NCBI GenBank assembly: GCA_028534125.1
Contig: CM052817.1
Location: 108,316,001-108,380,000 of the forward strand
Reading direction: 5' to 3'
Source of the DNA: Lama glama
Lineage: Eukaryota
DNA length: 64,000 nt
Shown here: piece after piece, positions 24,415-39,519 of the stretch
How positions within the stretch are numbered: the stretch's first letter is position 1
How the letters are laid out: every line of letters begins with the position of its first letter
The notes under the pieces: model-generated
The model's input: only the letters and a program-made list of their open reading frames with translations
Told to the model about the DNA's origin: nothing
Database searches by the model: none
Position numbers and translations under genes: made by a program

Positions 24415-25222
24415 GATTTTTCCTTGCTTCCTACTCTTTAAAATCTGTATTTCATTTAATTCCTCCAGTAAGTCAGGAGGGAGATTTGCACAAGGCCTTT
24501 TTGATAATAGAAAAATAAATAAAAAATAAAATTCTGCAACTAACCAGACACCGAGAGGTCAGACATTTCACAGTCTGACCCATGTAAGTTCCAGGTGATA
24601 TTCAGAGAACAGATACACACACACACACAAATGAATGACAAGTTTTCAGACACTCCAAGGAATCAAAGTTTGTTGTTACAATGTCCTTATTTTGAAGTTT
24701 ACTCACTTTACCCATAAGAAAGGCTCCTGATTCTTTCCCTAACCAAAGACTATTTAACCTCTATCCGCACACAATTGTTAAGTCTGGCTAATGGTGTTTT
24801 TATGTCACAGAATCTTAAAAATAACAAACTGGAGAGCACAGATAACCAGCCCCTACTCCCTCCAGCCTCTCCTCACAGTAGAGCACACAATAACTGATGT
24901 TTAGGAAAATGGTGCTAAGTCATTTTTCAAAAGATAAATTGTGCTACATATTCCCTGGTGACGAGTATGAGACCATATATAATACTATTTAGAAAGATTT
25001 CTATCCGAACAGCCATTTGTCCTCAAGCATGGCACTGCTGGGGATTTCAGACTTCAGTTATCTGCAAAAATCAGTTATCACTAATTATTTCCTGAGAATC
25101 AAAGTAGGATGGAAGAGATGCTCAAAACCCCCCAAGGACAAAGAAAAAAACTTAAATTTCATTACAGAATGCACAAACATGGAGAGAGTCTAGTTCAATG
25201 GCGAGTGCTGAAGGAAGTCTGC

Positions 25223-25313
25223 AAAAGAGAGAGAGAGAGAGAGGGAGGGAGGGAGGGAGGAAGGAAGAAAGGGAGGAAGGAAGAAAGGAAGAAAGGGAGG
25301 AAGGAAGGAAGGA

Positions 25314-25389
<76 letters not shown>

Positions 25390-25466
25390 AAAAAGAAAGA
25401 AAGAAACAGAGAGAGAGGGGGAGGGAGGAAGGAAGGAAGGAAGGAAGAAAGAAAGAAAGAAAAGGG
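25223..25466 (+). repeat. Compound purine microsatellite (GA)n-(GGGA)n-(GGAA)n-(GAAA)20
   Basis: 244 nt of purines with a single C (25407); 20 perfect GAAA units at 25312-25391. Confidence 0.98.
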
Positions 25467-25529
25467 TTGCCATCAATTCCAAACTCACTGTCTGGAAATG
25501 ACTGAGTCTGTGCCAAAGCTGCGCGGTCA

Positions 25530-25892
<363 letters not shown>

Positions 25893-28779
25893 TCATCATG
25901 ACACTGAGAAACGGCTGTCACCTGCTGCTCTGAGATGTCCTGTCATGGGTCTTAGGTCTTAGTGCAGAGAATCTGCAGTGGACTTAAACTTCATACCCAC
26001 AGCGACTCTCAAATGACCTACAGGAGCGGTGTCCCAGGTCCCAACGGTCTGGGAGCAGTAAAGTCAAGCAGAGCATGTCTTAAAGGAAACACGCCTGGAC
26101 TAGCGGTTGTCAGTACAATTTCCAGCCACGTGGACCACTTCTTATCTGGAATGGTTGGCCACCTACAGTAACTCAACTGCATCTTTACGCCTGAATTAAG
26201 ACAGTATTGGAGGTAAACATGAACAAAAATAAGAAGTGAGTGTTCCCTGTCTCTTCAGATAAAAGTTTACCAAGAGCAAACCATCTGACAAGCCCCCACT
26301 CCAGGACCCCGAATGTCCTCTCATTCAGGGAAAGGGCTTCACCTCCAAAAACAGAGACTTACAGCAGACCCTGGTTTACAGCATAATTCTAGAGCTGCCT
26401 GACATCAGCTAGTCCCCCAGATTAATCACAGATTACACGCAGCCTCATCAGAGCCTTTGCTGGCTGCAGAAAGAAAATAAAGGACACAAATATTCTCCCA
26501 ACCCTGGAATAGAAGAGACGTTTCAAGGTGTTTGAGCCGATTTTTTAAATGTTTGATTTTGATAAGAATGCCATTTACCATTCAACAAGAGAAAGGTTAT
26601 GCATGCATACCAGAAAGTTAAAATATCTCCAGTTGTGTTCAGCGTAAACTATACATAACTATTTTAAAATACTGAAACAAATAAATGAAGGAACAGTGTG
26701 TAAACAAAATAATCATGGGGGGAAAGGACAATATTACTTTTCACTATATTTTAGTTCAAAAAGTAGTATTTACCTATTTTTCCTAATTGGGAAGAATTTT
26801 TTACTTCTGTTTACTTCTGATGCTAGAATAATCTTCATTATTTATGCATTAATAATATCTAAAGCACACAATGAGGTCTTAATAAATGCTGAAAAAGAAG
26901 CTATTTCTACCTTTTTATCAGATCACTTAGGTATCTATCCTTTTTCCAACGAATTATAATCATCAATACCTCTCAGAGATTAGAAAGATATTACGCCTAA
27001 AATGTAACAAAAATAAAGATTCAATTGAACTGAAGCAAATTCTAATTATGTCAAATGTTTCCATTCTGTGTCAAAACACAAGCAAGGCAGAGCATTTGCC
27101 TTTTTTAAATTTTGATTTCATTATGAGGCAGTTCCCTCCAATCACGCTCAGCTTTTAAAAAGCTATAAAAGGCAAAATGATGAAACACTCCCGGTCCCCT
27201 TTCAGCGCCCCTCCTCTCAGCTTAACTTCCTGCCTGGACAAACAAGAACATATGCTTCTAACTAACAACCATGGGCAAAATGTCCAAAATCGAATCTTTC
27301 ATAAGCCCATTACTGCCATGAAGGAGGCTGAAGGTGTTCCTACGAGCGGTGAGTTACCTGGCTTTGTAAGAGCATCACTTACGCAGGTAAATTTTACATT
27401 CACTCAGCACACGCCAAACAGGGAAGGGCTCACAGGACTAATTGTGTATTTGGGGGCCTAAGTCATCATAAATATGACAACAGTTTGCTATGAAGCCGCT
27501 CACTTTAATGCGGATTTTGACACCCATCGCCCCAGGCTTAAATGACAGCTTAGGTACCAAGAGTCCTTCATCCAAAACACGTTTCCAAGTCCCTTCCCCA
27601 AGGCATCCGCAGGGGGAACTTCCAAGACTTGCATACATTTGGCAGTAAAAATACATGCTTGGATATCACCACGATCTGCTCCGTAAACTATTATGAGAAA
27701 CATTTCTTGATCCTTTTTGATCCCTTCCTGGTACTGTTATATTTATGAGAGGCAGGTGGGCTGCTAATTGATACAAATGTTCATCGGCAAATTCAATTTA
27801 CTCTCTATTTCCTGTGGGGGTGGATTTGATCGCTATTCACTCAGGCTTCCAATTTTAAGAATTTCTACCATACCTGTTTACCCATATAGTTCTCCACATG
27901 TATAGTTATTGTAATTATAAAAAACATAATTCTTAATAAACTTCAAGCCAAAGCATTATTTGATAATTTTGTCCAAATTAAAGAAAATACAGGCCATCAT
28001 TTTATATGTCACTCTCTGTATCTTTTCCACTAGTCTACATTGTGAAGCAGTCCATATATTTTGAATGTTTTATTTTCCTAAATACATTTCTAAGTACTAT
28101 CCAAACATTAAAATGTTTTGCTGGTACCTCTTTCATGATTCACATAAATGCGGATAAAGCCTGTTTACTGAAACACAGTGTCAACTACTATTACGTTAGC
28201 CGTGAGTTTTTTGTTGCTGTTATTTTCTGTAGCTAATGAGATACCAGTGACTTATTTATGATAACTCAAAAAATGCCATAAGAAATCTATGAAAGATTTA
28301 CTTATCATAAATCTTGGGCAATTTCCAAAATATTCTCTACCACAGCACATCTTTTTTTCTTCTTTCTTTTTTTTTTCACAGCACACTTTCTTAATTCCTT
28401 CTTTGAACTAAATTACATAATATTTATATTATATATATTATGTTTACTTTATTTGCTTACTATGTTTGGATCTATAAAAGAGTAGAGATTTGTCCTTTAT
28501 TCACTACTGAGTCTCCTGATGGAGATTTTTAAGCATGGGGCTTAAAGGTGAAGAAATTAACACCTACGCCCCCTACGCCCCAGATTTCCAATGCTATTAT
28601 GTAATTTTAAATTATATAAAGTGAGAAATAAAATGACTAGTTTTATTGTCATCTCTAGATGAAGTCTAAAACTTCAGTAAAGGCTATTTCAAATTTCTCA
28701 AAACAATTTAGAGAATCTTAATTTTGAAATGGTAAGTGTATAGACTGATGTGGGAACTGACATTTCCGAGCGTGACAGG

Positions 28780-28985
28780 CCTGGACACAGAGGACACGTC
28801 AGACTCACAGTCCCAGCACAGCGCTCATAGTAACAGCACGCCGTGGGCAAGTGTCCGCCTGATGGGTGATCCAGAGAGAGCAAACGTACTGATTCCAGAG
28901 GACGCTTGTGAGGATTAAACTGTAGGATTCCTGCAAAGCACTTAAAACAACGCCTGAGAGAGAGCAGGAACTCAAACACCTCTAT
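28780..28985 (+). mobile_element. MIR remnant
   Basis: gtgggcaagtg...cttgtgaggattaaactgtagg...aaagcacttaaaacaacgcctg. Confidence 0.55.
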
Positions 28986-30375
28986 TAAATAGATTTCTAT
29001 CCGCAAACCCTGCAAAAAACTCTCGGCTTTCAAGTTTGTTTTTTTCATTACTAGGTGAGTTGCAAGAATTATCAAGACTACTTCCATATCTAACAGTCAA
29101 GGCGGCAGTGACTTCTTCATTGAGCACTTTGATGGTCGCAGGTTTAAGAGCTCTCAGTCTGTCCTTTTAAACCGTGGTAGTTCTTTCAGCACTTATACTT
29201 GATAGTTTCTCTCTTGTCCTAAAATAGTTCAAGTCCTATAAGAGAAGGGACGACTTATATATAAATGTTAAATAATCTGTTCATTTATTTGAAAGTTAGC
29301 GACAGCAGATGCCAAGACTAACTTCATCGCCAAGTTGGCCTGTGCCACGTTTATTACCAGGCAAATGTGCAACTGTTCACTCTACCTTTGGTTCTAATGT
29401 TAACAGGAATGTTTTAAATCACATTTTGTCCTCAGTGATGTCAAGACGGCAGCGTCTTAGTTCAAACACCTGACCTCTCTAAATTTTCCAGTTATCCCAG
29501 ACATTTTTATCTTTGCAAAGTCATCATAAATGTTGCAATAAATTTCACCTTTAAATGCTGTATCTATTCCTGAATATCTTGGTCATGATTTACTTCTAGA
29601 TACAGAATTAAAACTGAGTGGTGATTTACAAGTTAGGCTGATTGTTAGTATGAATGCAATGATCAAAATTCAGTCCATCACCTCTTGATTTATATTACTA
29701 AGGGAGACAGCACTATACGTGATTATCTAAGGCCCTCAAGAACCTATGGCTACCAGGGGAGACTCACTAATCATATAATGAAAGTACTGATTAGTGAGGA
29801 TTGTATTTTCATTTCTGTAAAGCTTGATGTAATTTAATGAAGCAGGTTACTCTGTGGAACTTCCCTAACCCAGGCCAAGATTATCATACAGGAAATATTT
29901 ACTAATGTCCAATTATTTCACAGGCTTATTGCTCCCTGCACAACATAAGATGAATGCATTGAAAAATTAAAAATATGAGTCAATAAATATCAAAAAACTG
30001 CCCAAAAGACAGCAGGCAAATATATGGCTTACATTGTTTATATCCATAATGTTTGGCCCTAATGTGAATCTTGCCAGAGTAGAATTTCTTGACGATATCT
30101 AAGAAGACCACAGCTGGAAAGTTCATGTTACAAAAATAAAAAAAAAAAACTGAAAACCTCTTGTTATCCAGAATTGCATAAGAAAAGCAAAACTATCTAG
30201 GAATAAAAAAATTAACTTTAGTGACTGTAGTTTTATAAAAACTTTAAATATATGAAAGTAAAGATAGCGCATTTATAAAAACTGAACTTATTTTTTAACT
30301 AGCATTGTCTCTTTTGTCCTTAGCAAATGTTAACTTTGAAACAGGACTTGGTCTTGTTCAAAGACTCTTACTTAC

Positions 30376-30516
30376 CAGTGCCTTTATAGTATTTTGTACA
30401 GTTACCATATTCAATATCCTCCTTTTTAATATCAAATTGAGGCAAGGCGATTTTCTCCAACTGAACAGGGTCCCCTGACTGCCAGATAAATCGTAAATCA
30501 TCAGTTGTGTAACCAA
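30376..30516 (-). CDS. GLRB: Glycine receptor beta, exon 7 ([47 protein letters not shown])
   Basis: Minus strand tttctag|TTGGTTACACA...GGCACTG|gtaagt; 141 nt. Confidence 0.98.
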
Positions 30517-32103
30517 CTAGAAACAGAAATGCATAAATAAAATATTAGTTTGAAATATAATTATTAACACTTCTTTAATATTTCAATAATCCAAATGTTA
30601 AACCTTGAAATGGCAAAATAATTGGCCCTTTTATATGAAACTTTTCTTAAAAAGTCAAGAGGTAAAAAAATCTATGGTCACAAATGAAAATATTAGCACA
30701 AAAGTTACAGATAATTGGCTTAAAGAAAGGACAAGCTAAAATAATTGGGTTAGCGCACACGGTTAAAATCTGAGCGTGTCATAAACGGTAGCACATTTTT
30801 CAATGTCAGATTTCTGAATCGTCATCAATAAACAAGTAATAAATAAACGATCCTAGCTTTCTGAATGGATACATTTACAATCATGCAACACACTACGCAG
30901 AGATTTTTAAAGAAACTTAAGCACCAGAACACTTAGTTTTTTGAAGGATTAACTACCAACTTCCCTAAAGAGTTGCACTGCCAGAGGAAAGCCATAAAAC
31001 AAACCCCTCTAAGGGACAGGATTCCATCCCGGCAGCCTCCCGGGGCCACACTGGGGGCGGAGGGACCTGGCTACTCCTCAAGGATCCTGTGGGATTCACG
31101 GCACATTGCAACCTACCCTTCAACCCTAACATGCCTGCATTTTTTAAAGCAATATTTCAGTGTATCTAGTAATAGAACTGAATGTAGATACACATTTGGA
31201 ATTATTTATACAAATACAGATTGACACACAGGCGTGTGTCTATAACACGTGTACAAACATGTACAAACATAACACTTAAGTCTGCAAAATCTCATATGTT
31301 CCAGTTAGAAAGCAATAAATATTGTTCAAATTCAGGATCCAACTTCAGTAAATTGAAAAACAACAACAAATAACCACTAAATTACTTGAAAGCATCATTT
31401 AGCAGGCACATGCAGGACATTTACAGGGCCATTCTTTGTCGAAAAAGGTCATGGTATGCAGGTATTCAGGCTTAAGATTCTTTACATTAATTAATTGTTA
31501 ATTAACTGTTGTTAATTTTTCAAGCTTTTTTGCCTACTTTTGATGTGATAAGCTTCATAGAAAATTAACTAATATATTTTAGAGAGAATCATCTCAATAA
31601 ATACCTCTAGTACATCTTTTAGAAACTGAAAAATACATGATCATAGAAATATAGAAAATCCAAAATCCAATTTTGTAAAACATAATTTTTTTACAGATCC
31701 ATAGACAATGAATGCTTGGTGGGATTTAGATAATATTTTGCAATGTTTTCCAAATTTTCCGCTGCTCTGAAAAATGTGGTTTTAACATTAGTAAAGTTAT
31801 TAGGACATCATTGCCCCCTTTGCCTTGCCTATATGACTAATTCAGATGAAGATGGCAGCTGGAGGCAGTCAGACGTGCACACCCACAGCCACAACAACTC
31901 AGCGGAAATAAAAACCTAGTACCAAAAGGACGTGTCTATCTCAGCACAAATAACAGAGCTAAAGAATAACTGTAATTCCCTGAAATGAATTAGTGCCTAT
32001 TTGTAATCAGAAGCATTCATTTTACCATTGTTATCTAAGGTATGAGTAGCATATATGGCCTAGAAATTTTAAGCACTTTTATTTCTACAGTCATTTACGG
32101 TCA

Positions 32104-32229
<126 letters not shown>

Positions 32230-32302
32230 CTAATGCATTCCTCTGTGACACGCTAATTTTAAAAGGCAAAGATAAATCTACATGTATTAAAGATAAAAGT
32301 AC

Positions 32303-32532
32303 CTCATGCTGACAAGGACATCTCCATCCCGAAAAATAAAGAGGAGGATGTTTTCCTGGGTTACATCATGAAAATTGGCACTTTTTTCATTTGCAAAAAA
32401 TAAATCGGGTTTCCACAGACACTTGTACATTGTGGGATCCACCGTCAGTGCATCTGAGCCCCGAAAATCACTAGGGAGCTTCAGCCTGGGGTCGTTCCAT
32501 TTCTGTCTCAGGAAGATGTTAACTCTGTAATC
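32303..32532 (-). CDS. GLRB: Glycine receptor beta, exon 5 ([77 protein letters not shown])
   Basis: Minus strand ccccccag|GATTACAGAGTT...AGCATGAG|gtactt; 230 nt; WNDPRL and WKPDLFF motifs. Confidence 0.98.
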
Positions 32533-33994
32533 CTGGGGGGAAAGAAATTAGGTGCGCATGTGTGTGTTGATTGTTACTTTTAAGACTGTGCTCAGGACCA
32601 ATGAAAATGGCTTAGTGATCAGCAGCACAAATAGGGCTGCTCTTCCAACATCAACCAGGATTACAACAGCGTGGTAACTAGCGCTAAAAAGACCCCTGTG
32701 TCTGTCTAATTACCCTCTCAGACATTCCCCAAGCACTTGCCAGTTCAAACGTCAGAATATAATTTTATTGATAATTGCTCTTCTGTAATACAAATACCAG
32801 TCATACCAGCGGACTAGCTGGTGCTGCCCTAAAAAGCACACACACTACTAAATATTACCATTATTCTCCAAAATGTGGAATGAAGTTTAGTTAAAAATAG
32901 TTAAGAAGCTGAAAGAAAATATTTCACTTTTCTTTTACTAAGTAGCAGAATACAAAATAATTTATATGTATATAAAACTATATATATATATAACACATGT
33001 ATTATACATACACTTAAGAAAAAGTAAAACTACCCTTGACCACTCAGATATGTCAGTGATCATAGAGAGATTGTCAAACAAGATTGAGATTATGCAAATC
33101 AGATGAGACTACATGCAAAATTTGTATCTGTTACGTTAGATTCAACATAGTAGGAAAACGTTTTGAAATCCACTAAGTCGCTGATTTTTTTTTTTTTGGC
33201 CTATCTCCAAAGTCCTAATTTTAAAACTTTGTAAAAGTTGAGTTCTATGAAGACATATAGATTTTAAGAATATGTGAGCCTAGGAACATGTTTAACCTTA
33301 CTACAGCTTGGCCTTCCCACTGAAACGCGGTTCCGGGGCACACTGGGTTATTGGCATGTGTAGTCCAACTCTGCATTGTGGTCTTACATTCGGGTGTTTT
33401 GATTTTAATTCTGTATACTGAACTCAGAATACGCACCAGAGTGTTCAAGGCATAAATTACCTTATTTTCAACCATTTCAAACTCACATAATACTATTTAT
33501 CCATACCCTGTTGACATGATCAAAATGAATCAGACATAGATATCAAGTCAAAATCCAAACAATTAAATACGAAGAGGTGATAGATTATCTTTTATTAAAT
33601 AATAAGACCTAATCTATTTATAGGAAACAAACGCATAAACTTTGCATAGGCATCAAATATAAAATGAAGCATTAGCAATAGGCAGTGACCCTCAAAAAAA
33701 TCTGAGAAATTTACTCCTTCAGATTCTATCCAGTAACCAGAGAAGGGTGAAGCACAGAATCATTAACAAACATTTACTGAACTACAGACAGGGAAAAAAG
33801 ACTTAATCCACCCACATCCTACAGCTAAACTTGATGTTTATAAAAACATCGACACCTAATATAAACTGATTATTAAAACTCACATGCAGGTGGTTTTGAA
33901 GTGCCAAAGTCAAACCAATTAAGGATGCTCTAAGCTGACACTGAACACATCTGTACCACTGGCAGACGAGAACGAAGGTAACATTTTCCAGGGT

Positions 33995-34115
33995 GGGGAG
34001 GTCATAGCTCAAGGGTAGAGCACACACTTAGCAGGCACGAGGTCCCGAGTTCAATCCCCAGTACCTCCATTAAAAATAAATAAATAAACCTAATTACCTA
34101 CCCCTCCCCCAATAG
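33995..34115 (+). mobile_element. tRNA-Ala-derived SINE (Vic-1 type)
   Basis: ggggaggtcatagctcaagggtagagc...gagttcaatccccagtacctcc with A/B boxes, then aaataaataaataaacctaattacc. Confidence 0.88.
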
Positions 34116-35934
34116 TTATTTAAAAAATTTCATAATGGGACTTAAGTGATCATGTCACCTCTGACTGTGACTGCGGCAACCAAAGAAATCAGCTCAGAAC
34201 GTGTCCAGGCAAAGGCCTGTCTACCTCACAGGGTCAGCCTTCCAGCAGACACAGCGCTGCTTCCTGACCAAAGTGTTTTTCATTCCACAAAAACATGCAT
34301 CGCCTTCCACTTAAGAAGAAATACACAGTAGGACCATTTTCTAATAAAATTCCAATTATGCAAGCTTAGCTAAAGCACGCAGTTGATATCCACTTGGCAT
34401 TGCATTCAACCGTATTCAATTTCAAATTATTATTTGCTAAAAAGCCTCCTTGTACGCACCAGCCAAAATGACTGGTATTCTAAAACGATATACATTAAAG
34501 GCAATTTTATTACCTCCTGTAACTACTGTATCTTATCAAGGTAAGTCATCAAAGACTAAAACTTAAAACCACAGTGTTTACCATATGCATTCACAGTTAT
34601 TATGACAAAATCCTACGTCCTTAACTTGTAATTAAAGTCAGTATAAAAAACAACCATGAGGTGGCCAATGTATCTTTTATAAGCTTGTTATTAAAGCCAT
34701 GGTCTCTAACTTTGGTCAGGGACCACTGCATGCAGATACTAAAAAGGATTTTTTTCCCTCTTTATGCCATTTTATTTGTTTATCTATATACTACTAATGA
34801 CAGTGCTCTCCTGATGCCCGTCTGTGCTTCCTGTTGCTGGGGAGGACCCCTTCACGTCTGTCATCACGCTTCTTCTGTCTGGCAGCCCGAGAGCTGAAAG
34901 CGACGTCCTGCAGCCAGTGGGCTCAGTGCACCTCTCACCTCCTGCTATGACTCTCAAGGCTACAGCTCGGCTCGGGTGTGCCTGCTAGTTAATTACTACA
35001 CTGTAACCTGTCATTATCATCTACCACAAATCCCCTCCAGACACAGGGATGGGTCACAAAGAAACAAAATAACAGAGGAGACATTGCCGTATACTTGACA
35101 AGAGTCTTTCAGCGGTATCTGGGTGTACACTCAAGCAACTCTGCCAGTGTGGCTTCTAAAATCAGGATGCTCTGTTTTAGCCTAACATTAGGTTTTCTTC
35201 CCTTAATAGAATGCTAGATTTATGTATAGAAATATAATATTAAAGTCTCATTGGTATTCTTTATCTAGACCCCAAATGACTACATTTTGCTTCTTAGCAA
35301 TCAACTTCTAAAGACATTATACCAATATTTTACAATACTAGTTAAGATAGCTAACAGGAATTAAAGCAATGTTAATCTTTAACTGCAGCATATTTTGCAT
35401 AATTAGAAAAAGAAGCCATCTTGTAATGCTTGGGGTGGAACTTCAGAAATTAAGCCAGCGTTATATTGAATTCCCTTAAAATCCCCACACATACTGAATT
35501 CTCCTTAAAATCTCCACAGATGCCTACATTCTTTTGGGAGCAGGATTCTATGCCCCACCTATTTCCAAAATGGTATGGTTAATGCATCTTAAATTATACA
35601 GCAACATTACTTTTCTTTTAAAGTTTTTAAAGCAATTTTAATAGTGTTTTACCAGGTGAAGTTCATTTTTCTAAATCCTTCTTGACTTGGAAATCCTATT
35701 TTTCAAAATCCTTTCTGATTTCTAAAGGCTTCTAATCAATGTTTCCACACAATCCAAGAATATATTCATGTCATTTATCAGTTATTAAGTTCAAAGTTCA
35801 TTTTAATCAGCCAAAAGCTGATTAAAGCCCTACACAGCATCAGAGACTTTGACAAAATAAAACCCGTCTTGGGGGGAAAAAAACTACAAAATTACAAATG
35901 ATATAAGAACATTTTAATTTATAGTCAAACCCCT

Positions 35935-36353
35935 TTTTATTCTATGTATCTGAAACAGGCTGGCACCTGGGACCCTTTGCTACAGACAAACATATGCTTG
36001 AGCAACAGAAAACAAAGAAACTCTAAGGGGCTAAAAATAACTGCACACATGCACAGTTGCAGCAAATTATGAATAAGATACAAAAAGGCCACAAACCAAT
36101 GACCACTTCTGAGGTTCAGGGAGCAATGGAAGGGTAATGGGCATGATCCCTGCACTCAGACCACAACGGGGGTGGGCAGGCTACCCAAGCCACCCCTCCA
36201 GCTCCATCCCTGGACCCACCCGCACCCTCACCGCATTTAAGGGACCAGCTTGCACTCCCCACAGGGGTCCCAGTAAAGCCTGGCCTGAATTCCTTGTCTG
36301 GCCTCTTACCTATTTCTACTGATTAAAGAGCCCAAGGACCTGAGTTAGTAACA
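35935..36353 (+). mobile_element. Probable solo ERV LTR
   Basis: GC-richer block with LTR layout: TATA-like atttaaggg, ATTAAA-type signal tgattaaagag, and a ...gttagtaaca terminus. Confidence 0.55.
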
Positions 36354-36399
36354 CACCACCATATACAACTTTTAAAAATTTATGTTAATTAAAGTATAA

Positions 36400-36610
36400 A
36401 GCCTAGTATAATGGAGTCAGCACACACTTGGGCATAGAAAGGTCCTGGTTCAAACCTCAGCTCTGCATCTTAGAAGACCCTGAGCAAGTTTCTTAACCTC
36501 CCTAAACTCAGTTTCTAAATTAAAAAAAAAAAGGGGGAATACTAATATCTTAATGTGATAAATAAGTTACTCAGTGTAAACGATTAATATAGTACTTGGT
36601 ATATAAAAAA
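36400..36610 (+). mobile_element. MIR remnant
   Basis: cctggttcaaacctcagctctgc...tgagcaagtttcttaacctccctaaactcagtttct. Confidence 0.7.
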
Positions 36611-36984
36611 GTTAGTTTCTTTTCTCTTTTACACACTTGAGAATCCAACCACAGAGTACACTGGGCACTTCTGGAGAACATTTATCTAAGTTCTTCCTAA
36701 GTCCCTCGGTGATCGGTTGGCGGTCACTCAGCTCTAAAACTGAATGTTAACCACATATTCCTTTACACGCTCTGGGTAGGAAGCGTGCAGCTGTGGTTAC
36801 TTCTCGGTTTCACAGAAGTAACTCTAAGGGATGTTGACAAATCAATCAAGTATAAAAACAATCTGAAGAAGACTATGTAAAAAGAAACAGTTTGCAACGG
36901 GACCTCTAATCTAGACTCTAAGGAACAGTTAAAAGGAACTTAGTGAACTGACATCTACACTGAGACATAAAGGATCGTGGAAGT

Positions 36985-37160
36985 TAGACAAGTTCAGTCT
37001 GAATTATGTCCTGCTGTGTGGTCTAAGGCGAGTTATTTAACCTCTCTAAGTCTCATATCCCCTGTCAATAAAAATAGTCCCCAGTTATTTACAAGAACTC
37101 AATGAGATGCTGTACCTAAAGAAAGCACGAAATCTGGTACAAAGAGAATACTCAAAAGAG
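36985..37160 (+). mobile_element. MIR remnant
   Basis: gctgtgtggtctaaggcgagttatttaacctctctaagtctc...aaagcac. Confidence 0.6.
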
Positions 37161-37646
37161 ATAACTGATTTTATTATATGTATTATTAGTATTATTATCA
37201 ATATATCTATTATCACCAGTTGGCAGTTTTTGTGCACTAGGTGTCAAGCACTATGCTCGCTGCTAGCCATACAGAGAGCAATGCAGTACAGAACTAGAAA
37301 ACAAAGCTGAGATTTCTGGACTATTATTCAGATTTCAGTGACTTAAGACACACTGACTACAAATGGTAAACTTGTTTTACAGACCAACAGAACGTCCACC
37401 TGCAATTATGTTCCAGGCTAAATTGAACAATGACAAATGCGGCTCAGTTAACGGTCAGTTGTGTTGTACTATGTGAAGCAATCCTTCCTCCCTCCCTCCA
37501 TCCGTTCATTCATTCAGTAGTTACACCTCAAGGGCTTCCTGTGTTCACAGGTCTGCACCACCAGTCTGAGTGGGATAAAAGCTTGAAGCCCAGACCCACG
37601 GGGAGTGATGATTAACTGAAAAATAACTGGAAAGGACTTTAAGGGT

Positions 37647-37730
37647 GATGATACTTGTTGAGAGAATAAATGATCATTTCAGACACTGGATGATATTTGT
37701 TGAGAGAACAGACAGTCACTTCAGACACCA
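37647..37730. repeat. Diverged 42-bp tandem duplication
   Basis: gatgatacttgttgagagaataaatgatcatttcagacactg / gatgatatttgttgagagaacagacagtcacttcagacacca. Confidence 0.85.
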
Positions 37731-38009
37731 GAAATTAGGAAAGGCTACAGAATGTGAATCTGAGGAAGTTCTTGAAGAGTGGGCAGCCTTTAAACAGGTG
37801 GTGATGTCAGGACAGACGGAAGCAAAAAGTCACTGTGTCTTAAGCATTTCATCAACAACACAAAGGAATCACTAATTATCAAGCTACAGAAAACAGCTAA
37901 AATAATCAAGACCATCACTAAAGAGGCCAGAGCAAGAGACAGGTTTTGGAATGATCAGCGGAAAGGCAGGAGTTAAAATCAAGACAAGAAAATATACAGA
38001 GGACTTAAA

Positions 38010-39005
38010 AAAGGAACAATAAGAAAACAAACCACCCAATTTAAAAAACTGAGTGTAAGATCTTAACTGTTACCTCACCAGAGAAGACATACAGATGGCA
38101 AATAATAATTTAAAAAGATGCTCCACATCATTTGATGTCAAGAAATTGCAAATTAAAACAATGAGACATCACTACACGCCTATTACAATGGCCAAAATCC
38201 AGAAACTGACAACATCAAATGGATGTGAGAATGTGGAGCAACCGGAGCTCTGACTCATGACTGCTGGGAATCAAAATGCTACAACTACTTTGGGAGGCAG
38301 TTTGGCAGCTTCTTACAAAACTAAACATAGTCTTTACTATACTGCTCTCCTTGATATTTACCCAAAAAGCTGAAAACCATGTCCACGCAAAAACCTGCAC
38401 ATGGGGATTTACTGCATGTAGCTTTAGTCATAATTGCCAGAACTTGGAAGCAACCAAGATACTCTTCAGTGGGTGACTGGGGAAATCAACTGTGGTCCAT
38501 CAGACACTAGAATATTATTCAGGGCTAAAAATAAATGAGCTATCAAGCCATGAAAAGACATGAAGGAACCTTAATGCATATTATTAAGTGAGAGAAGCCC
38601 ATCTGGAAAGGCTACACACTGTGTGATTCCTAGTTTATGACATTCTGGAAAAGACAAAACTATGGAGACAGTAAAAGCTCAGTGGCTGCCAGGGGATGAG
38701 GGGAGAGAAGAAGGAACAGGCAGAGAACATCGGGCCTTTAGAGCAGTGAAATTCTTCTGTTTGATACTATAATGGTGAATACATGTCATCATATATTTGT
38801 TGAAACCCACCAAATGTTTAACACCAAGAGCAAACCCTAAGGTAAACTTTGGACTTTAGGTGGTGACATGTCAATGGGGAGTCCTGTATTGATGGTGGGG
38901 GAGGCTCTGCAGGTTTGGGGGTAAAGGGCTTATGGGAAATCTCCGTACTTTCACTTACTTTTGCTATGAGCCAAAAACTACTCTAAAAAATAAAGTCTAC
39001 TTAAA
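38010..39005 (+). mobile_element. L1 (L1MB/L1MC-type) ORF2 end + 3' UTR
   Basis: aaagatgctccacatc...tatttacccaaaaagctgaaaaccatgtccacgcaaaaacctgcac...tgacattctggaaaagacaaaactatggagacagtaaaa...ctctaaaaaataaagtcta. Confidence 0.85.
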
Positions 39006-39519
39006 AGGGGGAATGCAAAAATTACTGTAGACAAAATGAAAGGGACTAAATCAAAAGTTAAGAAAAATGCACTCAAAATTTGGAGACAGGCAAAAAGATG
39101 GCTCTTTCAATATCACACTAAGCATTGCCTAATGGGCCCACCTAAGGGCTGTGTGGTTCCTAGGAAAATGTAACTTTGTGTGACTTGACATTTTCTGGGG
39201 ATTAGGGCCCAGACTCTGTATAATTATGTAACTTCAAGAAGATTGATAAATTACAAATGATTTTTGTCTGGGAGAGATGCAAATGATTTCTGCCAGGCAG
39301 GAAAGATATTCCCAAAGATAAGCCTGTGTTGCCCTGTGGAACATTAACAATTGTATCTAATTTAGCAACCTAATTTCAGTGTTCTTTCACTCCAGCCTCC
39401 TGAATTCTCCACTGAATCAGTCCAACTATCTTGCCCGTTCCCTCATTAATGAGTTAAATAAATCACTGGCATGTCCTCACAATATGTATGTTCTTAACCT
39501 TTTAAAAAATTATGCTTTG

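Noticed and set aside
37647..37730. Direct repeats considered as a CRISPR-like array
   Set aside because: Only two adjacent diverged copies, no spacers, mammalian context.
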